DNA of 64,000 bases. It comes from an uncultured SAR86 cluster bacterium (GTDB taxonomy: Bacteria > Pseudomonadota > Gammaproteobacteria > Magnimaribacterales > D2472). Position 1 is the first letter of the stretch. Each line of letters opens with the position of its first letter. Shown piece by piece: positions 43,461 through 55,086 of this stretch. Where the stretch lies: assembly GCA_964276145.1 (NCBI GenBank), contig CAXYDN010000007.1, forward strand, positions 271,686-335,685. The letters are read 5' to 3'. The notes beneath the pieces are model-generated. The model had not been told where the DNA came from, searched no databases, and saw only the letters and a program-made list of their open reading frames with translations. Made by a program: the position numbers and the translations under genes.

Positions 43461-44615
43461 TTACTTAAGGTTTACTAGTGATTGAACCGCTATTGCTTTA
43501 TTTTTTCCTATGATACCAATCTTTTCAGATGTTGTTGCTTTTAAACCAATTTTTGATTTAGAAATTTGTAAAATTCTTGAGAGGCTTTCGATAATAGCAT
43601 CTCTATGAGGACTAATTTTTGGTGACTCACATATTATTGTTGCATCAATATTATATATTTCGAGATTGAGTTCTTTAATTTTTTTAAGACAAAAATTAAT
43701 TATCTTTATGCTATCAAGATCTTTATTAGACTCATCTGTATCTGAAAAAAATATTCCAATATCTCCTAAAGCTGAAGCTCCTAAAATTGAATCAGCAATT
43801 GAATGCAGAAGCACATCGCCGTCTGAATGAGCTTCTATTTCATAGCCACATTTTAGGAAATAGCCACCTATCAAAAAACCTTTTCCATCTTTATATGTGT
43901 GTAAGTCAAAGCCAGTTCCTGCTCTAGTAGAAAATTTTTCTAGAAGATGTAAATCTTCTATGTGAGTAATTTTTATATTTGAAGATCGCCCCTTAAGTCT
44001 CGAAATACTAAAACCTTTTCTTTCCATAGCAAAAGACTCATCAGGAATATCAATACCCTCTTCTAATAATGATGCTAGTGAGGAGCGTAATTTACTAAAA
44101 TTAGATATTTGAGGTGTTTGAACTAAGTAGTATTCAGATTTATCAAGTGTTGAATGATCTTCATGTTTTATAGAGTCAACAATTGGTATATAAAAAATAG
44201 AACAGTCTGTCTCTGATGAGCTTATTTTTTCATAAATATTTACAATATCTTCTTCAAGAATATTTGGTCTGGCTGCATCATGAGTGATTACGTATGTGTA
44301 ATCTTCTGTCTGGGCATTATTTAAAGCATTTAATACCGATTGAGCTCTAGAATTACCTCCATTAACAATATTAATTTTTTCATTTTTAAAAAAATCTTGA
44401 TTATTAATATAAGAATCTGATTCTGAAACAGCTATTATTACCTTGGATACCAAGTGAGAATCAAGAAATGGTTGAACTGATTGTTCAATTACCGATTTTC
44501 CATTTAATTTTGAATATTGTTTTGGGAGTTGTTTATCAAACCTTTGTCCAATTCCAGCAGCTGGAATTACAACTAACAATCTATTTTTCATCTTTATTAT
44601 TTTCTTTTTTTTCAA
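43461..44615 (-). CDS. ispDF: Bifunctional IspD/IspF (MEP cytidylyltransferase fused to MEcPP synthase)
   Basis: A single 384-aa ORF. The N-terminal half carries the IspD motifs VIPAAGIGQRF and THDAARP. The C-terminal half carries the IspF motifs GTGFDLH, HSDGDVLLHSIADSILGA and DIGIFFSDTD. The alternative start ATG 44591 would overlap ftsB by 11 nt rather than 35 nt. Confidence 0.93.
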   Translation of the reverse strand: MKKKKIIKMKNRLLVVIPAAGIGQRFDKQLPKQYSKLNGKSVIEQSVQPFLDSHLVSKVIIAVSESDSYINNQDFFKNEKINIVNGGNSRAQSVLNALNNAQTEDYTYVITHDAARPNILEEDIVNIYEKISSSETDCSIFYIPIVDSIKHEDHSTLDKSEYYLVQTPQISNFSKLRSSLASLLEEGIDIPDESFAMERKGFSISRLKGRSSNIKITHIEDLHLLEKFSTRAGTGFDLHTYKDGKGFLIGGYFLKCGYEIEAHSDGDVLLHSIADSILGASALGDIGIFFSDTDESNKDLDSIKIINFCLKKIKELNLEIYNIDATIICESPKISPHRDAIIESLSRILQISKSKIGLKATTSEKIGIIGKNKAIAVQSLVNLK

Positions 44616-44892
44616 ATGATATTAATTCTTCTTCAGGATAAACTAAATTTAATTTTTCCCTAGCAAAATTTTCAACATGCTCGTTAGACTGTTGAGCATT
44701 TTTTATTTCAAACTCTAAAATATCATTTTGATTTTTTATATCGTTATTCTTTTTAATTTGAATATCATTCTCATTGATAAGCTCTGCTTTCTTTTGGTAT
44801 GAATTCGTACCAAAAAAAATACTGTTCAATAATAATATAATTAAAATCAATAGCGATGCTATTAAAACAACAAATAACCTACTCATTGACAA
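44581..44892 (-). CDS. ftsB: Cell division protein FtsB
   Basis: 103 aa with an N-terminal TM segment and a coiled coil (septum formation initiator family). It keeps the conserved eno-ftsB-ispD position. Confidence 0.82.
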   Translation of the reverse strand: MSMSRLFVVLIASLLILIILLLNSIFFGTNSYQKKAELINENDIQIKKNNDIKNQNDILEFEIKNAQQSNEHVENFAREKLNLVYPEEELISFEKKENNKDEK

Positions 44893-46160
44893 AGGTCTAA
44901 CTCAGGAGACTCCTCTTCAATCCACAATAATCGATTATATTTTGCAACGCGATCTGAGCGACAAGGTGCACCTGTCTTAATTTGACCAGCCCCTAACCCA
45001 ACTGCAAGATCAGCAATTGTTGTATCTTCAGTTTCTCCAGATCTATGAGAGATTATTGATTTATAATTATTAGAGTTTGCTATTTGTATAGTCTCTATTG
45101 TTTCAGTGATTGAGCCTATTTGATTGAATTTAATAAGTATTGAGTTTGCTAAGTTTTTATTGATACCCTCTTGAAAAATAGCTTTATTAGTAACAAATAA
45201 ATCATCTCCAACTAATTGGCATTTAGCTCCAATTTTTTGAGTTAAGATTTTCCAACCCTCATAGTCATTCTCATCCATTCCATCTTCAATAGAAATTATT
45301 GGATACCTGTCTACCAGTTCTTCCAAATAATCTGCAAAAGATTCTGAATTTAAAGATCTTCCTTCACCTAGTAAATTATAATTATCTCCATCAAAAAACT
45401 CACTTGCTGCACAATCTAAAGCAATAAAAATATCTTTGCCTGGAATAAGGTTTGAATTTTCAACTGCTTCTATTATTAATTTTATTGCCTCCTCATTTGA
45501 CTGTAGATTTGGAGCAAAACCACCCTCATCACCCACAGCAGTTGAGAGTTTTTGTTTTTTTAAGATAGATTTTAGGTTCCAATATATTTCTGAAGACCAT
45601 CTCATAGCTTCTTTAAAACTTTTAGCTCCTTTAGGAATAATCATAAATTCTTGGATATCAATATTATTATCGGCATGCTCGCCGCCATTCAAGATATTTA
45701 ACATAGGCATTGGGAGATTACTCTTAACAGATGAGTTAGTAATTTCCTGGTAAATATCTGAGAAATGAGTGTAGAGATCTATTCCCTTATCTTTCGCAGC
45801 AACATGAGACACTGCAAGAGAAACTGCTAAAATTGCATTTGCTCCAATATTAGACTTGTCAGAAGTTCCATCAATTTTAATAATAATGTTATCAATTTCT
45901 CTTTGTTGACAAGGATCCAAATTGATTAATGCAGGTTTTAGAATGTTATTAATATTGTTTACAGCCTTTTGAACACCTTTACCTAAATAATCTGTATTTC
46001 CATCTCTAAGTTCTAATGCTTCTTTAGTTCCAGTGGATGCACCACTTGGGACAATTGAATGAGCTGAAATATTGTTGTCTAAAGTTATTGAGCAAGATAC
46101 AGTCGGCACACCTCTTGAATCAAGAACTTGGATAGCTTTTATCTCGGTGATTTTTGACAT
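44883..46160 (-). CDS. eno: Enolase
   Basis: 425 aa with [13 protein letters not shown], the C-terminal SHRSGETED motif and [11 protein letters not shown]. Confidence 0.98.
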   Translation of the reverse strand: MSKITEIKAIQVLDSRGVPTVSCSITLDNNISAHSIVPSGASTGTKEALELRDGNTDYLGKGVQKAVNNINNILKPALINLDPCQQREIDNIIIKIDGTSDKSNIGANAILAVSLAVSHVAAKDKGIDLYTHFSDIYQEITNSSVKSNLPMPMLNILNGGEHADNNIDIQEFMIIPKGAKSFKEAMRWSSEIYWNLKSILKKQKLSTAVGDEGGFAPNLQSNEEAIKLIIEAVENSNLIPGKDIFIALDCAASEFFDGDNYNLLGEGRSLNSESFADYLEELVDRYPIISIEDGMDENDYEGWKILTQKIGAKCQLVGDDLFVTNKAIFQEGINKNLANSILIKFNQIGSITETIETIQIANSNNYKSIISHRSGETEDTTIADLAVGLGAGQIKTGAPCRSDRVAKYNRLLWIEEESPELDLCQ

Positions 46161-46163
46161 TTT

Positions 46164-47002
46164 TTACTTAATATCTATTATTTCTTGAGCCTTTACGAAG
46201 TCATCGAGATCTTTTACTTGCTTTAAAAAAGGCTCTAGCATTTCTAATCTTAAAGCGCATGGTCCATCACACTTTGCATTATCTGGATCTGGATGAGCTT
46301 CTAAAAACAAACCGGCAATGCCTTGAGATATTCCAGCTTTAGCCAAACTAAGAAGGAACTCTCTTCTCCCACCAGCAGCATTTCCAAGCCCTCCAGGTAG
46401 TTGAAGTGAATGTGTGACATCAAAAATAGTTGGTTTATTTAAGTTTTTAAGAATTTGGAAATTTAATGTATCAACAATTAAGTTATTGTAGCCAAATGAA
46501 TTACCTCTTTCACATAATGTAATTTTATTATTTCCAGCTGACTCGCATTTTTCAATGATATTCTTCATTTCTGGAGCTGACAAAAATTGTGGTTTCTTGA
46601 ACTGCAAAATAGAATTCGTCTGAGCAGCTGCCACCACTAAATCAGTCTGTCTCGCTAAGAATGCAGGTATTTGAACAACTTCGCATACTTCGCTGACAGG
46701 CACAGCTTGTTCTGGCTCATGGATATCTGTTATCACAGGAATACTTAACTGCGTTGAAATTTCTTGAAGTATTTTTAAGCCCTCTTCCATGCCAGGACCT
46801 CTAAAAGAGGTTACAGAACTTCTGTTTGCCTTATCAAATGAGCCTTTAAAAATATAATTTATTTCTAATTTGTCCGATACTGTCTTAAATTCTTCAGCAA
46901 CCCTCATCGCTAAATCTCTTGATTCGAGTACATTCATTCCACCCATCAGAGTTAAGGATTTTGAATTCCCAATAGTGAATTCTCTTAATTGAATATCGTT
47001 CA

Positions 47003-47003
<1 letters not shown>
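46164..47003 (-). CDS. kdsA: 3-deoxy-8-phosphooctulonate synthase
   Basis: 279 aa with [30 protein letters not shown] and DVTHSLQ motifs. Confidence 0.96.
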
Positions 47004-48631
<1,628 letters not shown>

Positions 48632-48709
48632 TTAATTGAATCATGATGGGATAACAGAATAACAGAATTAATTTAATAGGGGAATATAATTTATAAAATG
48701 TGATTAAAA

Positions 48710-49771
48710 TTAACCTAATTTTTTATAAATTCTTTTAACTCTTGATTTAATTCTAATCATCATGTCATAAGAGATAAGATTATTTGATGAGGTTATATTA
48801 TTAATAGAATGATTTGGAGAGAAAAATTCGCACCAATCACCAATTTTACATTCATCAATATTAGTTACATCAATAGTCGTCACATCCATGCTCACTTTCC
48901 CAAAAATTTCTGCATCCTGTTCGTTAACTTTTACTAAAGTTCCATCTTTTATGTGATTGGGGAATCCATCTGCATAACCTATATATACAGTTGCTATTTT
49001 CATTTCTTTTAAAGCAACTGCTCGACCGTCATAACCTACTTTTTCACCCTTTCTTATTTTCCTTATATTTACAATTGGTGATTTAAGAGTCATGGCTGTT
49101 TTAAGATCATGATTTCCAATATATCCGCCAAAAATGCCTATACCCACCCTAACCCAATCAAATGATTTTTCAGGAAAATTAAGAATACACCCAGTATTAG
49201 CAATACTTTTAGATACGTTTGAGTGAAGTTTGCTTGCCAAGCTATCAAATCTTCCAAACTGTTTTTTGTTTGATGGGTCATTTGGAATATTAGATGCAGA
49301 TAAATGAGACATAAGAGTGAAATCCTTATCATTTAAATATTTATCATAAATTTTTAAAAAATCTTCCACTTCAAACCCAAGCCTATTCATACCAGTATTA
49401 ACTTTAAACCATAGATTTTCATATGAATTATTATCTTTAACTATATTAAATTGAAGCTCATTATGAATAACTAGATCAAAATTATTTTTTCTAGAATTAA
49501 TAAAATCTTCTTGTGAGTAAACTCCTTGCATAAGAAGAATTTTCTTATTTGAAATTTTTCTTAACTCTATTGCTTCTTCAAGTCTAACAACACCATACCC
49601 ATCTACCTGATCATCAATATCAGCGACAATATTTGGCAAGATATGTCCATAGGCATCAGATTTAATAATCGCCATAAAATTTGAGGATTTTTTAATTTTA
49701 TTTTTTAGAAATTCAATATTGCTTATAACAATAGAGGGATCTATTTCAAGCTGAGTTGATAGCGTTGTCAT
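48710..49771 (-). CDS. alr: Alanine racemase
   Basis: 353 aa with the PLP-Lys context AIIKSDAYGHI and the typical C-terminal beta domain (Y..GYADG). Confidence 0.92.
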   Translation of the reverse strand: MTTLSTQLEIDPSIVISNIEFLKNKIKKSSNFMAIIKSDAYGHILPNIVADIDDQVDGYGVVRLEEAIELRKISNKKILLMQGVYSQEDFINSRKNNFDLVIHNELQFNIVKDNNSYENLWFKVNTGMNRLGFEVEDFLKIYDKYLNDKDFTLMSHLSASNIPNDPSNKKQFGRFDSLASKLHSNVSKSIANTGCILNFPEKSFDWVRVGIGIFGGYIGNHDLKTAMTLKSPIVNIRKIRKGEKVGYDGRAVALKEMKIATVYIGYADGFPNHIKDGTLVKVNEQDAEIFGKVSMDVTTIDVTNIDECKIGDWCEFFSPNHSINNITSSNNLISYDMMIRIKSRVKRIYKKLG

Positions 49772-51138
49772 TCAAAATCTTGATAATACCCATCATTTGA
49801 AAAATTTTCAAAACGAGTTATATCTTCTAAGAAGGTTAAATAAACTTCACCAATTGGCCCATTTCTTTGTTTTCCAATTAACACTTCTGCTTTATCACCA
49901 ACATCGGTCTCTCTGTCATATGCTTTTTCTCTATACAAAAAAAGTATTACATCTGCATCTTGTTCAATTGCTCCTGAATCTCTTAGGTCAGACATGACAG
50001 GTCTTCTATTAGGCCTTTGTTCAACTGCTCTATTTAACTGAGATAATGCAACAACAGGAACATTTAATTCTTTAGCCAAAGACTTTAGCGCTCGTGAAAT
50101 TTCTGAAATTTGATTAACTCTATTTTCTGCAGAAGTTGGCAGTTGCATCAACTGAAGATAGTCAATAACTATCAAGGACAAGCCATCTTCTTCCTGTCTA
50201 GCCAATCTTCTAGCTTTTGCTCTTAGCTCCATTGGAGTAAGTAAAGAACTATCATCTATCCATAGGGGAAGATTTTTTAGTCTTTCTCCTTCTTGAAGTA
50301 GTGATTTGAGCTCATTGTCTTTTAGCATACCTGAACGAACTTTTTGTTGATTTAATCTACTCATTCCAGAAAGCATTCTAGTTGTTAGTGATTCACCTGG
50401 CATTTCCAAACTAAAAATAAGAACAGCACCTTTTTCATCACGATTTAATAAAACATTTTCAGCTATATTCATTGCGAAAGACGTTTTTCCCATACTTGGC
50501 CTACCTGCAACAATTATTAAATCGCCTTTCTGAAATCCAAGCGTCTTTGAATCTAAATCTTTAAAGCCTGTTGAAGCACCAATTAATCCACCTTTTTTAT
50601 TAGATATTTCATGTAACTGATCCATAGTGGATTGAACAAGAGTATCCATTGATTTGAGAGAATCGTTATCTTTACTAGCATCATCATTTAGAGCAAATAT
50701 CATGCTTTCTGCTTGATCTAAAATAGCAGCTCCATTTTGACCTTGAGGATTATTTATTAATTCAGAAATTTCTGAATTTGTTTTCATTAATTTTCGAGTA
50801 ATAGATCTTTGTCTAATGATTTCTGCGTAAGCTTCAAGGTTAGCAGCTGATGGCGTAGAAGTAGCTAATTGAATCAAATAGTCTTTACCACCAACCTTAT
50901 TTAAGGAGTTTTTATTATCTAACTTCTCTGAAACTGTTAAAGGGTCTAAGGGCTTATTTTCTTCAATCAATTCTGACATTGATTGAAAAATAATTTGATG
51001 ATCTTTACCATCAAAATCATTTTCTTTTATAACTTGAATAACTGTATCAAAACGATGCGTTTCAAGCATCAAACCACCGAGAACAGCTCTTTCAGCCTCT
51101 CTAGCTTGTTCGTTTTGATTTATAGATAAGTCAGACAT
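49768..51138 (-). CDS. dnaB: Replicative DNA helicase DnaB
   Basis: 456 aa with N-terminus AERAVLGG, Walker A GRPSMGKTSFA, Walker B VIDYLQLM, and SQLNR. Confidence 0.97.
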   Translation of the reverse strand: MSDLSINQNEQAREAERAVLGGLMLETHRFDTVIQVIKENDFDGKDHQIIFQSMSELIEENKPLDPLTVSEKLDNKNSLNKVGGKDYLIQLATSTPSAANLEAYAEIIRQRSITRKLMKTNSEISELINNPQGQNGAAILDQAESMIFALNDDASKDNDSLKSMDTLVQSTMDQLHEISNKKGGLIGASTGFKDLDSKTLGFQKGDLIIVAGRPSMGKTSFAMNIAENVLLNRDEKGAVLIFSLEMPGESLTTRMLSGMSRLNQQKVRSGMLKDNELKSLLQEGERLKNLPLWIDDSSLLTPMELRAKARRLARQEEDGLSLIVIDYLQLMQLPTSAENRVNQISEISRALKSLAKELNVPVVALSQLNRAVEQRPNRRPVMSDLRDSGAIEQDADVILFLYREKAYDRETDVGDKAEVLIGKQRNGPIGEVYLTFLEDITRFENFSNDGYYQDFE

Positions 51139-51176
51139 CGGAATATGATTTTTACATCATATTTTAAAATATACAA

Positions 51177-51623
51177 CTACTCTGCTAATACTTTTACAAT
51201 TACTTCAGCAGAAACTTCAGGATGAACTGCAATAGTAATAGAGTGTTCTCCAATTTCTTTAATTGGTCCCTCTGGAAGCTGTACTTCACTTTTATCTATT
51301 TCGATACCAGCAGCAGTAAATGCATCAGAGATTTCTCTTGTGCCAACAGAGCCATATAAAGCTCCTTCTTCAGTTACAGGTACAGCTATTTCACAATTTG
51401 AACCATTTATTGTTTCAGCTCTTGCTTGTGATTGTGTTAATTGATCAGCTGATGCTGCAGCAAGCTCATCTTTTCTTGCTTCAACCTCAGCAATATTTTT
51501 GTCACTAGCGAATGCAGCTTTTTTTTGAGGTATTAAAAAGTTTCTTGCATAACCAGAGTTAACTTCAACAACATCACCAATTTCGCCCAGTCGTTGTATT
51601 TTATCTAAAAGTATAATTTTCAT
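51177..51623 (-). CDS. rplI: 50S ribosomal protein L9
   Basis: 148 aa beginning MKIILLDKIQRLGEIGDVVEVNSGYARNFLIPQ. Confidence 0.97.
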   Translation of the reverse strand: MKIILLDKIQRLGEIGDVVEVNSGYARNFLIPQKKAAFASDKNIAEVEARKDELAAASADQLTQSQARAETINGSNCEIAVPVTEEGALYGSVGTREISDAFTAAGIEIDKSEVQLPEGPIKEIGEHSITIAVHPEVSAEVIVKVLAE

Positions 51624-51627
51624 AATC

Positions 51628-51822
51628 TTATTGGTGCATGTCCGTATATGGTAAAAGCGCTAGAAATCTAGCAATTTTAATTGATTTGGTAATTTTTCTT
51701 TGGTTAGATGCTGAAACGCCTGTGACTCTAGCAGGAATGATTTTTCCTGTTTCAGTTATGAATGGCTTTAAGATATCTATATCTTTATGATCAAAATTCT
51801 TTGGTAAATCATACTTACTCAT
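51628..51822 (-). CDS. rpsR: 30S ribosomal protein S18
   Basis: It has the conserved [15 protein letters not shown]...[17 protein letters not shown] region. The tracked ORF starts at 51882 inside rpsF. I prefer ATG 51822 (MSKYDL...), which overlaps the rpsF stop by 8 nt. Confidence 0.93.
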   Translation of the reverse strand: MSKYDLPKNFDHKDIDILKPFITETGKIIPARVTGVSASNQRKITKSIKIARFLALLPYTDMHQ

Positions 51823-52267
51823 TATCGTCTCCTTCTTTTTTGCTATCTTCAGCTTCTTCTTTAGGAGAATCTTCTTCAGCAATCTTTGGTTTCTCTGTTT
51901 TAACTTCCTTTTTTTCTTCGATTTCTACTGTTTCAGGCTTTTTATTTTTTGATTCAATTAATAGACTTGAATCTTCTCCATTGTGAACTTTTACAACTAA
52001 AAATAAATGTCTAATGATTGACTCGTTGTATTTAATTTTTGTTTCAATTTCTAAAAGCTTGGAAGGGTCACCTTCAAGATTAAATAATATATAGTGACCC
52101 TTATTATGATTGGCTATTGAATAGGCTAGCTGTCTTCTTCCAACATCCTCTGTCTTAAGAATCTTAAAAGAATTATCTGTTAATAATTTATCAAAATCTT
52201 TTTTGAATTCATCAACCTTAGAGGAAAGATTGGGGTTAAGAATTATTACTGCTTCGTATTTTTTCAT
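51815..52267 (-). CDS. rpsF: 30S ribosomal protein S6, with an extended acidic C-terminal tail
   Basis: 150 aa beginning [12 protein letters not shown]...GRRQLAY, followed by a Glu/Lys/Asp-rich tail. Confidence 0.96.
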   Translation of the reverse strand: MKKYEAVIILNPNLSSKVDEFKKDFDKLLTDNSFKILKTEDVGRRQLAYSIANHNKGHYILFNLEGDPSKLLEIETKIKYNESIIRHLFLVVKVHNGEDSSLLIESKNKKPETVEIEEKKEVKTEKPKIAEEDSPKEEAEDSKKEGDDNE

Positions 52268-52348
52268 TGTTTACCTTATGGTTATAGATTTATACCTTTA
52301 TTGGTGTAAACCAAGGAAAACGCATTCTAATTGAATTGATATATAGAA

Positions 52349-53575
52349 TCAATACTCGCTTTTAACTATCTTTAAGAGTTTAGTAATCCAACTTTGACTC
52401 TGTTCAGCTATTAAATCATCATTCATTTGCTTAAATCCATGGTCAACTAAGCCGATTGAGGTTGCGTATATTGGGTTTTGTAGGATGCTTTCCATTCCAG
52501 AAAACTTATTAGGTATGCCAAGTCTAACTGAGGTTTGAAAAATAGACTCAGCTAATTCTACAACCCCTTCCATTTTTGATGTTCCTCCAGTAAAAACTAT
52601 TCCTGCAGAAATCTTTTCCTCAAATCCATTTCTGGAAATCTCAGCTTTAACTAATTCAAATAACTCGGTATATCTTGGTTGTATAATATCAGCCAGCGAA
52701 CTTCTAGAAAGCTCTCTTGTTGGTCTTCCTCCAACTCCAGGAACTTCAATACTTTCATCATCTTTTGTAAACTCAGCAACTGCACATCCATGCTTTTGTT
52801 TAATATCTTCAGCCTGAGGTGTTGGTGTTCTTAGAGCTTGCGCAATATCACTCGTCACTTGATCGCCAGCTATTGGTATAACTCCAGTAAAAACAATTGA
52901 ACCTGAATTAAATATTGCAATATCAGTGGTGCCACCTCCTATATCAACCAGACAAACTCCAAGATCCTTTTCATCTTCAGATAAAATAGAATGAGAGCTG
53001 GCTAACTGCTCTAAAACAAAACCATCCACTGACAAGCCACAATTTTTTATACATTTTTCAATGTTTTTTACTGCGCTATTTGCGCATGTTACAAGATGAA
53101 CTTTAGCTTCTAGCCTTACGCCGGCCATCCCAAGGGGATCAAGACTAACTTCTTGATTATCAATAACATATTCTTGAGGTAATACATGTAAAACATTTTG
53201 ATCTGATGGAATTGATACAGCTTGAGCAGAATCAATAACTCTATCAATATCATATGGGGTGACTTCTTTGTCTTTTATGCCTACTGCACCTTGAGAATTT
53301 AAACTTTTAATATGGCTTCCAGCTATTCCAACATAAACAGACTTAATCTTTTCTTCGATCATAGATTGCGCCTGTTCTACTGCTTTCTTAATAGCATCAG
53401 TGGTTGCATCTATATTTACTACAACTCCTTTTTTAAGGCCGCTGGATGGATAAGCACCTAAAGAGATAATTTCTAATTTTTGATTTTCATTGTATTTACC
53501 AACGATGCAAACTACTTTAGAGGTTCCAATGTCTAAACCAACAACTATATTAGAATTTTTAACATTATTTGCCAT
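52349..53575 (-). CDS. ftsA: Cell division protein FtsA
   Basis: 408 aa with an actin-fold ATPase (VGLDIGTSK, DIGGGTTD) and a C-terminal amphipathic helix. Confidence 0.96.
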   Translation of the reverse strand: MANNVKNSNIVVGLDIGTSKVVCIVGKYNENQKLEIISLGAYPSSGLKKGVVVNIDATTDAIKKAVEQAQSMIEEKIKSVYVGIAGSHIKSLNSQGAVGIKDKEVTPYDIDRVIDSAQAVSIPSDQNVLHVLPQEYVIDNQEVSLDPLGMAGVRLEAKVHLVTCANSAVKNIEKCIKNCGLSVDGFVLEQLASSHSILSEDEKDLGVCLVDIGGGTTDIAIFNSGSIVFTGVIPIAGDQVTSDIAQALRTPTPQAEDIKQKHGCAVAEFTKDDESIEVPGVGGRPTRELSRSSLADIIQPRYTELFELVKAEISRNGFEEKISAGIVFTGGTSKMEGVVELAESIFQTSVRLGIPNKFSGMESILQNPIYATSIGLVDHGFKQMNDDLIAEQSQSWITKLLKIVKSEY

Positions 53576-54194
53576 AATTTAATGCGACTCCATCTTTGTT
53601 TCTTAAATCTATCATACTAGGAATTTTTCTATTTTCGTATAAGTAATTCAATGTATCTTGTAATGATTCTAATTTGACATTACTTATAGTCTTACCAAGT
53701 TTTATTTGAAAAGAATTAGTATGCATTTCCCAACCACTAACATAGGTAAAAATAATCTTTTTTAAATATAATTCATCAGGATTATATTTTTCAAAGAAGC
53801 TTATAATATTCAGGGGATCTTGAAGATCTTTGATAGGTCCCTCTACTAATATTAAATTTAATTGAGTTTCATCAAATTTAAATTTTTTAAGATCTTTATC
53901 AATAAAATAATTATTATTTAAAATGAAAAAGGGATTCCTACTTTTTATATTCAGTTTTGCAAATTTTGTAAAAGGCTTAAAATTTATTTTGTATTCATCA
54001 ATCCAATCTTGAGCTTTAATAAGATTTTCTAAATCATTTTTAGTATTAATTTTATTTAAATCTTCAATAAATATTTTTTGTGATTCTAAAAAAAATTTAT
54101 CTAATGTTAGATCAATTGTAAAATCTTTTGCGTATAAGACTGCCGACGATAAAGAAGTAAATAGTATTAAAAATACTTTCTTATATAGATTCAT
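53565..54194 (-). CDS. ftsQ: Cell division protein FtsQ (short form)
   Basis: It has a single N-terminal TM segment followed by POTRA/FtsQ-like beta domains, and sits between ddl and ftsA. The tracked ORF extends to 54257. I prefer ATG 54194 (MNLYKKVF...), which overlaps the ddl stop by 14 nt. Confidence 0.78.
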   Translation of the reverse strand: MNLYKKVFLILFTSLSSAVLYAKDFTIDLTLDKFFLESQKIFIEDLNKINTKNDLENLIKAQDWIDEYKINFKPFTKFAKLNIKSRNPFFILNNNYFIDKDLKKFKFDETQLNLILVEGPIKDLQDPLNIISFFEKYNPDELYLKKIIFTYVSGWEMHTNSFQIKLGKTISNVKLESLQDTLNYLYENRKIPSMIDLRNKDGVALNYGK

Positions 54195-55086
54195 TGACAA
54201 TTCTTTTAACAACATCATGGTAATCAAGCCCAGAAAATTTTCCAGACTTGGGAACACAGCTATGTGATGTCATTCCAGGCACAGTATTAATTTCAAGAAC
54301 ATAAAATATTCCACTATCATCTTGCAAAATGTCCACTCTAGCCCAGCCACTGCAATTGATTGCATTGAATGCGTCTATTGATATTTTATTAATTTGTTCT
54401 TGCTCTTCAGTTGTTAAATTTGCTTCCATTAAGCCAGTATCATCTGAAATATATTTTGCTTCATAATCATAAAATTCATTCTCAGTAACTATTTCTATTG
54501 CAGGAAAACACTCATTTCCAATAATCGTTACTGTAAATTCTTTCCCAGAAATTAATTCTTCTGTAATAAAAGATCTATTTGGGTTTATTGATTGATTAAC
54601 TGCATCAATAAAACTTTTATTGTCATCAATTTTAAAAATATCTACACTTGAGCCATCTCGACATGGTTTTAGAAATACATTATTGAAATCTAAAGAAGTA
54701 ATAGGCATATCTAAATACTTATTGATGGACTCATGTAATTTCCAAGATGGTGTATTAATATTATTTTCTCTCAGAATTGACTTACAAATATGTTTATCCC
54801 AAGAAGACTTACAAGCATCCGGACCTGATCCGGTATATCTAATGCCTAAATTATCTAAGTTTTTTTGAAAGTCTCCTCCCTCTCCCTCAAAACCATGAAG
54901 TGCAATAAAAACTAAGTCATATTTTTTAAGGACTCCAAAATCATCTAGGTCGTTATAATCAATCAATTCTGCCTCAAACCCCAGCTGATTGATCGCATCA
55001 AAAATTCCTCTGCCACTTTTTAATGAAATCTCTCTTTCAGAAGAAGATCCTCCATAGATAACAACAATATTATTTAATTTTTCCAT
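54181..55086 (-). CDS. ddl: D-alanine--D-alanine ligase
   Basis: 301 aa with GGSSSEREISL, the ATP-grasp domain, and EINTVPGMT. Confidence 0.96.
   Translation of the reverse strand: MEKLNNIVVIYGGSSSEREISLKSGRGIFDAINQLGFEAELIDYNDLDDFGVLKKYDLVFIALHGFEGEGGDFQKNLDNLGIRYTGSGPDACKSSWDKHICKSILRENNINTPSWKLHESINKYLDMPITSLDFNNVFLKPCRDGSSVDIFKIDDNKSFIDAVNQSINPNRSFITEELISGKEFTVTIIGNECFPAIEIVTENEFYDYEAKYISDDTGLMEANLTTEEQEQINKISIDAFNAINCSGWARVDILQDDSGIFYVLEINTVPGMTSHSCVPKSGKFSGLDYHDVVKRIVNESI

Noticed and set aside
48651-48666. Tandem 8-mer ATAACAGA-ATAACAGA in the pyrG upstream spacer.
   Set aside because: There are only two copies, no known binding motif that I recognise, and no further copies noticed elsewhere in the window. 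The evidence is too weak to call a regulatory repeat.
51143-51162. Hairpin ATATGAT-TTTTAC-ATCATAT between rplI and dnaB, considered as a possible terminator or attenuator.
   Set aside because: The 7-bp stem has only one G-C pair, is weak, and is not followed by a U-tract on the transcribed strand. The dnaB start follows within 5 nt (ATG at 51136-51138). It is probably incidental.
52268-52348. Possible rpsF 5'-leader autoregulatory RNA (S6:S18-binding motif) in the 81-nt spacer, for example CCTTGGTTTACACCAATAAAGG.
   Set aside because: I could find only a 4-6 bp imperfect helix by eye, and I cannot verify the conserved motif without a covariance-model search (Rfam rpsF leader). It is left as unverified rather than called.
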